60,991 bases of DNA from an uncultured Clostridia bacterium (GTDB lineage Bacteria; Bacillota; Clostridia; Christensenellales; Borkfalkiaceae). Both the position numbers and the translations under genes were made by a program. The stretch is from contig CALVLW010000056.1 of the NCBI GenBank assembly GCA_944341315.1, positions 1 to 60,991 on the forward strand, read 5' to 3'. The notes below the pieces were generated by a model that was given only the letters and a program-made list of their open reading frames with translations, did no database searches and was not told the DNA's origin. Shown here piece by piece: positions 54,936 to 60,991 of the stretch (positions are counted from its first letter, which is position 1; each line of letters opens with the position of its first letter).

Positions 54936-55592
54936 TCAGCCGTTCTTTGCGTCGAGTTTGAAAACGTCGCGCGATTTGCCTATGACGAGGATCTTGTCGT
55001 CCGCGTTGAAGCGGTAATCGGGCGAGGGCGTGGGATCGAGCATGTCGTCGTTTTTGATGGCGACGATGTTCACCTTGTAGCGGCTGCGCACTTCGAGTTC
55101 GGCGATGGACTTGCCCGCCCAGCTCTTTAATACGGGCACTTCGAATATGGCGTAACCGCCCGTGAGCTGAATATAGTCGAGTATGTTGTTGCCGCCCATG
55201 CGCATCGCCAGCCTGTCGGTCGCGTCGCCGTCGGCATAAACTATCTCGTCCGCGCCCACCTTGCGCAAAAGGTCGCACTCTATCTCGCTGCGGGCGCGCA
55301 CGACGACGTACTTTGCGCCCAGGCGCTTCAGGAGCATGGTGGTGACCATGGAGGCTTCGAAGTCGTCGCCGAGGGTTATGCACACCGCGTCGTAAGAGGC
55401 TACGTCTATTTCGCGCAGAACGTCCTCGTTGGTAAAGTCGCCCACCTGCGCGTCGGCAAAGCGGGTGGAAAGCCCCTCTATCGCCCCTTCGTCGCGGTCG
55501 AAAATGAGCACGTCGTGCCCGAGATCCTGCAATTTTTCGGCAAGATGCGCGCCGAATTTGCCTATACCTATTATAAGAATACTCTTTTTCAT
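54936..55592 (-). CDS. ktrA: Potassium uptake protein, RCK/TrkA-N and TrkA-C subunit
   Basis: Rossmann motif ILIIGIGKFG and a C-terminal RCK_C (IAELEVRSRYKVNIVAIK). Only the last 218 codons of the 542-aa ORF are credited. Confidence 0.88.
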   Translation of the reverse strand: MKKSILIIGIGKFGAHLAEKLQDLGHDVLIFDRDEGAIEGLSTRFADAQVGDFTNEDVLREIDVASYDAVCITLGDDFEASMVTTMLLKRLGAKYVVVRARSEIECDLLRKVGADEIVYADGDATDRLAMRMGGNNILDYIQLTGGYAIFEVPVLKSWAGKSIAELEVRSRYKVNIVAIKNDDMLDPTPSPDYRFNADDKILVIGKSRDVFKLDAKNG

Positions 55593-55624
55593 AAAAACCT
55601 CCGTTCGCAAATTCTCCGTGAACG

Positions 55625-57034
55625 TTACCCTATCATTATATGTTCGGGCAGCCTGGTTATGGCGGGCGGCCTGCGCGTTTCCGAGAACACGAGCACGAGC
55701 GTATATCCGCCCACCCTGCCGAAGAACATCAGCAGTATGAGTATCACCTGCGAAAGGGCGGAGATCTCGGCCGTGATGCCGAGGGTGAGGCCCGTCGCGC
55801 TTATCGCGGAGATCACCTCGAAGAGCACGTTTTTGAAGTTGACCACGTTGGGCACCTCGCGGCCGGCCACGACCGTGGTCCAATTGCCGTAATCGCTTTC
55901 GTAGGGGGTGCCGCCGTCTACCGCGCAGATGACGAACACGCTTACAAGAATGGCGATGACGTATAGCATGGTGACGGTAACCGAACTTATCACGTCGTCG
56001 TGCGAGACGCCGCGCTTTAACACGCGCACCTGCTTTTCGCGCCTGCACGCCGCTATCATGGTGAAGACGAGCACCACGAGCGTGGTGGTCTTTACGCCGC
56101 CCGCCGTGGAGCCGGGGCTGCCGCCCACGAACATGAGAAGGTTGGTAAGGATATACGCCCCGTCCGAAAAGTAGTTCATGTCCACGGTGTAATGCCCCGC
56201 CGTTCTGGGCGTTACCGCAAAGAACAGGCTGTTGAGCACCTTGTCGCCCGCGCTCATGCCGCCTATCGTGCCGGCGTTGTTCCATTCGAACGCCATGAAC
56301 AGCGACCACGCGACGAGCAATATGGCGCCCGTGGAGATGAGCACCACCTTGGTGTGCAGCGAATAGCGCGAGGGGCGGAAGCGGTTGTTGATAACGTCGT
56401 ACCACACGAAAAAGCCGAGGCCGCCTATGGTGATGAGCGCCATTACCGTTAAAAGGAAGAGCGGATCGGAATTGTAGCCCGCCAGCGAAAGATCGCCTCC
56501 GGCGCCCGTGAGCGAGAATCCCGCGTTGCAGAACGACGAAACGGAAGTAAACACCGCCTGCCATATGCCGAGCCCCCAGCCGTAGTCGGGCACGAAGCTT
56601 ATAAGCAGCAGCAGCGCGCCTATAAGTTCCAGCGCGAAAGTGCCGATAAAGATATACTTGATAAGCCCCTTGAGCCCCGCCATTTTAAGCCCGCCCGCCG
56701 ACTGCATGGCAAGCTTTCTGTCCGACAGGGTGACGTCCTTTTTTATATAGAGCATGAACAGGGAGATTATCGTGATGAAGCCGAGGCCGCCTATCTGGAT
56801 GAGCAGCAGCACGACTGCCTGCCCGAACCCGGTAAAATGCGTGTAGACGTCTACCACCGTGTGCCCGGTAACGCAGGTCGCGCTCGTTGCGGTGAACAGC
56901 GCGATGAGAAAATCGGGCTGACCGCTGCGCACGGCCGCGGGTATGCACAGCAGTCCCGCGCCCGCAAAGATGACGAGCACGAAACTTGCCACCACTATGC
57001 CTATCGGGCGGAATCTTATTCTTTTTATCTTCAT
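55625..57034 (-). CDS. ktrB: Potassium transporter membrane subunit (TrkH/KtrB family)
   Basis: Four MPM repeats with selectivity-filter-like glycines (TCVTGH, FCNAGFS, PRTAGH, ATGLTLG). The start is at MKIKRIRF (57034). Confidence 0.88.
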   Translation of the reverse strand: MKIKRIRFRPIGIVVASFVLVIFAGAGLLCIPAAVRSGQPDFLIALFTATSATCVTGHTVVDVYTHFTGFGQAVVLLLIQIGGLGFITIISLFMLYIKKDVTLSDRKLAMQSAGGLKMAGLKGLIKYIFIGTFALELIGALLLLISFVPDYGWGLGIWQAVFTSVSSFCNAGFSLTGAGGDLSLAGYNSDPLFLLTVMALITIGGLGFFVWYDVINNRFRPSRYSLHTKVVLISTGAILLVAWSLFMAFEWNNAGTIGGMSAGDKVLNSLFFAVTPRTAGHYTVDMNYFSDGAYILTNLLMFVGGSPGSTAGGVKTTTLVVLVFTMIAACRREKQVRVLKRGVSHDDVISSVTVTMLYVIAILVSVFVICAVDGGTPYESDYGNWTTVVAGREVPNVVNFKNVLFEVISAISATGLTLGITAEISALSQVILILLMFFGRVGGYTLVLVFSETRRPPAITRLPEHIMIG

Positions 57035-57083
57035 ATCCACCTTGCCTGCCGCAGAAAATTTGCTCCCTGCGACGGACAGCGGT

Positions 57084-57112
57084 ATTATAGCACAGGGCAA
57101 TAAAAAAAGCAA
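57084..57112 (-). promoter_or_regulatory. Sigma-A type promoter of ktrBA
   Basis: TTGCTT, a 17-nt spacer, then TATAAT on the minus strand. The ~50-nt leader holds no recognisable riboswitch. Confidence 0.6.
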
Positions 57113-57212
57113 GGAATAAACGCGGCGGACGAAAGCTGCCGCGCGCGTCGCGCGTTTGTGAAATTTTTTAACAACATTTTGGCAGGCACTGTTAATTACT
57201 GTAATTTTTCCC

Positions 57213-57241
57213 TTGACTTTACGGCGCGGCGGTGTTACAAT
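57213..57241 (+). promoter_or_regulatory. Sigma-A type promoter of the DeoR regulator gene
   Basis: TTGACT, a 17-nt spacer, then TACAAT. The track's TTG start at 57213 is the -35 box itself. Confidence 0.65.
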
Positions 57242-57293
57242 AAATGTAAACATACGGGTTGTGTTAAATTATAACAAAGGAGTTACGCACAAA

Positions 57294-58052
57294 GTGAAAC
57301 GCGAAAGATTGGAAGAAGTTGCCGAATTGCTTGACAAACGCGGCAAGATGACGCTTGAACAGCTCGAAGAAGCATTCCCCGACGTATCGCAGATGACCTT
57401 GCGCCGCGACCTTTCCCAGCTTGAAGAGGACGGCCGCGTAATACGCATTCGCGGCGGCGCAATGTCCGTTAAAGAAGTGCAGAAAGTTTCCGGCGAAGCT
57501 TACACCAAAAAGACGACCGTGAACATGGATGCAAAGATCGTCATCGCGCAGAAGGCGGCAACGCTTATCGACGAGGGCACGAGCATCTTTGTCGACGGCG
57601 GCACCACCGCCATGTACCTTTCCAAGGAGATGCCCGACATAAAGTGCAACATCTTTACCAACGGCATCGCCGTTGCCATGGAGCTTGCGCAGAAAAAGAA
57701 CGTGGAGATAACCGTCGTGGGCGGCCAGCTGATGAAGGACAACCTTTCCACCTCCTCCCCCGCGGCAAAGGAATATTTCAACAACACCAATTTCGAAATA
57801 GCCATCGTTTCGGCGCTGGCGTTCACGCCCGAACACGGGTTTTCGTGCAACAGCCAGACGGAGAGCGACCTGCTGCGCCAGGTATTCAGAAAGGCAAGGC
57901 ACGTTTATATGATGCTCGACAGCTCTAAGATAGGCAAGATAAACCCCTATACCTTCGCCCAGCTGGAGGACATCGACGTGCTGATAACCGACGACGCCTT
58001 CCCCAGGGAATATAAGGTACTGTTCGAGCAGAACGACATCGTCGTCATGTAA
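57294..58052 (+). CDS. DeoR/GlpR family transcriptional regulator
   Basis: N-terminal HTH (MTLEQLEEAFPDVSQMTLRRDLSQLEEDGRVIRIRGGA) and a C-terminal sugar-phosphate sensor domain. The start is GTG at 57294, after AAAGGAG. Confidence 0.85.
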   Translation: MKRERLEEVAELLDKRGKMTLEQLEEAFPDVSQMTLRRDLSQLEEDGRVIRIRGGAMSVKEVQKVSGEAYTKKTTVNMDAKIVIAQKAATLIDEGTSIFVDGGTTAMYLSKEMPDIKCNIFTNGIAVAMELAQKKNVEITVVGGQLMKDNLSTSSPAAKEYFNNTNFEIAIVSALAFTPEHGFSCNSQTESDLLRQVFRKARHVYMMLDSSKIGKINPYTFAQLEDIDVLITDDAFPREYKVLFEQNDIVVM

Positions 58053-58066
58053 GACCGATAAAAAAA

Positions 58067-58102
58067 ACAGCGCCCGCCGTGCAACACGGCGGGCGCTGTT
58101 TT
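58067..58102. terminator. Bidirectional terminator
   Basis: ACAGCGCCCGCCGTG-CAA-CACGGCGGGCGCTGT, flanked by A- and T-runs. Confidence 0.85.
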
Positions 58103-58120
58103 ACGCACGCGGAAAGACCG

Positions 58121-58327
58121 CTATTCGCTCCACTTTTTTATGGCGAGCGTCCTGTCCTTTACGTCGTCGTGCTCCTCGAAGTACCTGCGGCGGAGCTTTT
58201 CCACGCCGTCGTCCTCCAAAAGCAGCCCGAGCATCTCTTCAAGCTCGTCCTCCCCGTAATCCGCGGGATCGAAGCTGCCCTCGAACGCGGAAGAAAGTTT
58301 TAAGATATCCCATTTCGTGATAGCCAT
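58121..58327 (-). CDS. Small acidic hypothetical protein (68 aa)
   Basis: G/C-ending codon usage. It sits between a terminator and an upstream same-strand gene. No recognisable motif. Confidence 0.45.
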   Translation of the reverse strand: MAITKWDILKLSSAFEGSFDPADYGEDELEEMLGLLLEDDGVEKLRRRYFEEHDDVKDRTLAIKKWSE

Positions 58328-58378
58328 CGTATCTCCGTTTTTTGCATCTGTTGCGGCATATATGCCTGCGAATTTACT

Positions 58379-59494
58379 TTATGCGGGGTTTTCGGCGAGC
58401 GCCGCGTCCAGCATCTTATGTTTTTCGGTAAGGTCGGCGTCGCGTTCGGAATAGCTGTAACGCACCGAAAGGCTGGAACTTGCCGTGCCGCTGAAACCGT
58501 AAGTCGAGCCGTGCCAGACCTCGCTCATGCCGTAAAGTTTGAACAGACCGTTGTCCCATATCTGAAAAATGATTTTCAGCCCGCCGCCGTCCGCGGCGCT
58601 CACCCATTCGCAGTCGGAAGATCCGTTTGCCGAACGAAGCATCTGCATGGACGCCTCGTCGGCGTTTGCGACGTCGGTGTCTATATCCATGGTGACCGTA
58701 TAGACGGTTTCCTTGCCGTAAGGCGTGGGCACTATGGACGCGCCCGCGATCATACCGTCGGCAAGAACGTTCACGTTGCAGTGTATCACGGGCTCGGCGC
58801 TGCCCTCCGCCGTTGCGCGCGCAAGGTCGATTATGTCCTGCGCTATGCCTTCCGCGGTCAATTTTTCGCCGGCGCGCTTTAATTGCAGCGAATCTTCGGT
58901 GCCCCAGCGGGAAGGATCTATCTCCCAATCGCAGGTGAGCACCGGTTCGACGAGCGAATCGTCCTCGACGTACCGCTGATTTTTGCCGTTGAAGCCGTAA
59001 AGTCTGCCGTCTTCCACGAACCTGAGGCGCGTGCCGCCTTCGAACAGGCTTTCGAACATGCTTATCGGGCCGCTGATCTCGTCCACGTTTTTGATGGTGT
59101 AATGATATTTATATCCCGGTTCGCTCTCCGTGCCGTGGATTATCAGCTTGTAGTCCTGCTTGGTAACGGTGCTGCTGCCGGCGGATATTGCCGTGTCGCC
59201 CGTCTGGCTGGAAAAGTAGACGTACCTGTCGATATATTCTTCGTTGTAGCACGCATAAGCAAACAGCCGCGCCGCCACCTCCGCGGTGAGTTCCGCAGAC
59301 GCGGCAATGCCGGCATTCTGCCAGCGCTCTATTTCCGCGCGGCTCTCTTCGGCATAAGGCGCCGCGACGGCGGGGTAAACTTCTGCTTCCGCAAGCTCGT
59401 AACCGGAATTTGTGCCGACCTTGCGGAAGCAGCCCGTAAACGCGCATACGGCGGACGCCGTGCACGCCAGCAGGGCGATCATAGTTCTTTTCAT
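58379..59494 (-). CDS. Hypothetical lipoprotein
   Basis: Signal peptide with lipobox AFTG|C. No recognisable domain. Confidence 0.65.
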   Translation of the reverse strand: MKRTMIALLACTASAVCAFTGCFRKVGTNSGYELAEAEVYPAVAAPYAEESRAEIERWQNAGIAASAELTAEVAARLFAYACYNEEYIDRYVYFSSQTGDTAISAGSSTVTKQDYKLIIHGTESEPGYKYHYTIKNVDEISGPISMFESLFEGGTRLRFVEDGRLYGFNGKNQRYVEDDSLVEPVLTCDWEIDPSRWGTEDSLQLKRAGEKLTAEGIAQDIIDLARATAEGSAEPVIHCNVNVLADGMIAGASIVPTPYGKETVYTVTMDIDTDVANADEASMQMLRSANGSSDCEWVSAADGGGLKIIFQIWDNGLFKLYGMSEVWHGSTYGFSGTASSSLSVRYSYSERDADLTEKHKMLDAALAENPA

Positions 59495-59595
59495 CTGTCA
59501 ATCCTTAAAAGCCTTCGCGGCAGGCCGCCGCGCTCCGACCGCGTCGATATTCTTTGTAACGGCGTGTATTTCGGGCATATGTATGGGTGGATCTA

Positions 59596-60489
59596 TCATT
59601 TCTTTGCCTCTTCGAATACGAACGCCGTGCTCCACTGTGCCAACCCGAACCTCTTTGCTATGTGCGCGCACTTGCACATAAAGATATAGAATACGCCGTA
59701 ACCTTCGCCGTAAAGCGTTTCGAGGTTGCCCAGCCCCTTTGCGACAACGACGTCGCTGTTTGCAAAGAGACCGAGCACGCGGGGCGGAAGTTCCTTTAAG
59801 TAAGTGCCGGGCACCGCTTCGCCGTTATCCTCCACCGCGGCGTAGCGTTCGAGGCCTATGAACGCCGCGTCTGCGCGAGTGGCGTCGTTGATTATCTCTC
59901 CTCCGCGCACGAGCGAAGTTACGTTGATTGCGGGATATAGCCGTTTTATTACCCTTATAAGGATCTTGTCGAACACCACTTCGCCGCAGTTATCGTGAAC
60001 GAACAAAAGCGTTTGCGCGGCGCGCAGCTTATCCTTTAACAGGTCAAGCACCACGGCATCGGGCACGGTGCGCGTTGCGGCCTGCCTTACCGTTTCCAGG
60101 CTGTCCTTACCGAGGTCGGAGAGTTTGGCGAAATCTATGTAATTAGCCGCGGCGGCATACTTTATCGCCTCTGCGAGCGGATCGGCGGACGAATTTATGC
60201 GCGCGAACAACTCCTCTTCCATTCCGAGCACGGCGGAATTGAACATACGCTTTTCGGAGGAATAATCTATGCCCGTGCCGAAGACGGCGCGATGAGCGGA
60301 ATCGATGTCGCGCATCAGAAGAGGCGCGCAGTAATCGGCAGGCGGAGCTTCGCACAGTCTGCGGACCGCCTGCCTGAACGCGTCGAGCTTTGCCGCGTCC
60401 GTGCAGGAACGCTCCACCTTTTTCATCTGACTGTTATAAAGACAGCCCTTGCATTCTTCGTCCAGCTCCATGAATGTCCTCCGAAACAA
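59596..60489 (-). CDS. DUF89 / ARMT1-like damage-control phosphatase family protein
   Basis: DNCGEVVFD metal-binding motif and KGLGNLETL (KGxGNFE-type) motif. The start could be MELDEE at 60471. Confidence 0.7.
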   Translation of the reverse strand: MFRRTFMELDEECKGCLYNSQMKKVERSCTDAAKLDAFRQAVRRLCEAPPADYCAPLLMRDIDSAHRAVFGTGIDYSSEKRMFNSAVLGMEEELFARINSSADPLAEAIKYAAAANYIDFAKLSDLGKDSLETVRQAATRTVPDAVVLDLLKDKLRAAQTLLFVHDNCGEVVFDKILIRVIKRLYPAINVTSLVRGGEIINDATRADAAFIGLERYAAVEDNGEAVPGTYLKELPPRVLGLFANSDVVVAKGLGNLETLYGEGYGVFYIFMCKCAHIAKRFGLAQWSTAFVFEEAKK

Positions 60490-60574
60490 CTTACCGCAAT
60501 ATTATAGCATTTATCGCCGACAAATGCAACGATTAAACGGCGTCTCCGGCACGTAAGAACGGACGAACGTCGGC

Positions 60575-60611
60575 AAAAAAAGACGCAACCGCAACTTTCA
60601 TTGCGATTGCG
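60575..60611 (-). terminator. rRNA operon terminator
   Basis: CGCAAUCGCAA-UGAAAG-UUGCGGUUGCG, with a G-U pair only on the minus strand, followed by UCUUUUUUU. Confidence 0.8.
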
Positions 60612-60621
60612 CTTTTTTGAA

Positions 60622-60738
<117 letters not shown>

Positions 60739-60936
60739 TGGTATTAAGACGGCCATATGGCCGAAATAACCGTGTTCTGCCTGCCCGCTTTTCCGCGGGA
60801 GTGCATACGCCGTTCAGTCGCAAAGACTGACAACTGCAAGAAAAAACAAGGAAAAGGTTTAATCACGCTCGTTAAAATCGTAGCTTTTCTCGTAATCTAA
60901 GGATCCGTAAATCGTTCTTTACTCAACTTGCGTTGA

Positions 60937-60991
60937 GATCAAGCCCTCGACCTATTAGTATCGGTCAGCTCAATACATTGCTGCACTTACA
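60937..60991 (-). rRNA. rrl: 23S ribosomal RNA, 3' terminal fragment (runs off the window)
   Basis: The minus strand UGUAAGUGCAGCAAUGUAUUGAGCUGACCGAUACUAAUAGGUCGAGGGCUUGA matches the conserved 23S 3' end (E. coli UGUAAGCGCAGCGAUGCGUUGAGCUAACCGGUACUAAUGAACCGUGAGGCUUAACC). Confidence 0.88.

Noticed and set aside
55593-56564. The upstream 320 codons of the 542-aa ORF containing ktrA.
   Set aside because: They overlap ktrB in another frame and are Arg/Gly/His-rich. A good start, MKKSILIIGIGKFG, with an AGGAGG-like RBS gives a canonical 218-aa KtrA.

Overview
This is a GC-rich chromosomal segment: most codons end in G/C, and hand-counted 60-nt lines give about 55-58% G+C. It comes from an endospore-forming Bacillota (Clostridia-like) bacterium, shown by spoIIGA-sigE, ylbJ, veg and a DUF3794/LysM gene. 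Most of the window is core housekeeping, largely on the minus strand. Genes recognised: rarA, pheA plus a class I DAHP synthase, coaD-rsmD, alr, the dgt-dnaG-sigA-trmK-nif3 block, an aroC-aroB-aroE-aroQ-aroK shikimate operon, a NifS-like desulfurase, ispE, rplM-rpsI, a T-box-controlled cysE-cysS-alaS operon, ktrAB, and the 3' end of an rRNA operon (23S end plus 5S). Accessory content falls into five groups. (1) A lipoprotein has a Hint (bacterial intein-like) autoprocessing domain. Its N-terminal half and 5' leader form an abrupt AT-rich island, and it sits behind a consensus promoter and a terminator-containing leader. (2) An ECF sigma factor is translationally coupled to a membrane protein. 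That protein's acidic extracytoplasmic domain is paralogous to a downstream lipoprotein, and both transcription units carry the same unusual promoter motif. (3) A rod-shaped, 6S-like ncRNA of about 220 nt, with its own promoter and terminator, lies just upstream of spoIIGA. (4) A DUF1538 membrane protein is coupled to a tandem PII-like protein. (5) A galactofuranose glycopolymer locus contains glf, a GlfT2-like GT2, a priming transferase, a GT4, a Wzm/Wzt ABC exporter and an O-antigen-ligase-like protein. I saw no CRISPR array, tRNA, transposase, integrase or prophage genes. Many long ORFs in the track are antisense or out-of-frame artefacts typical of GC-rich DNA and were not called. All family assignments come from motif recognition by eye; no searches were run.
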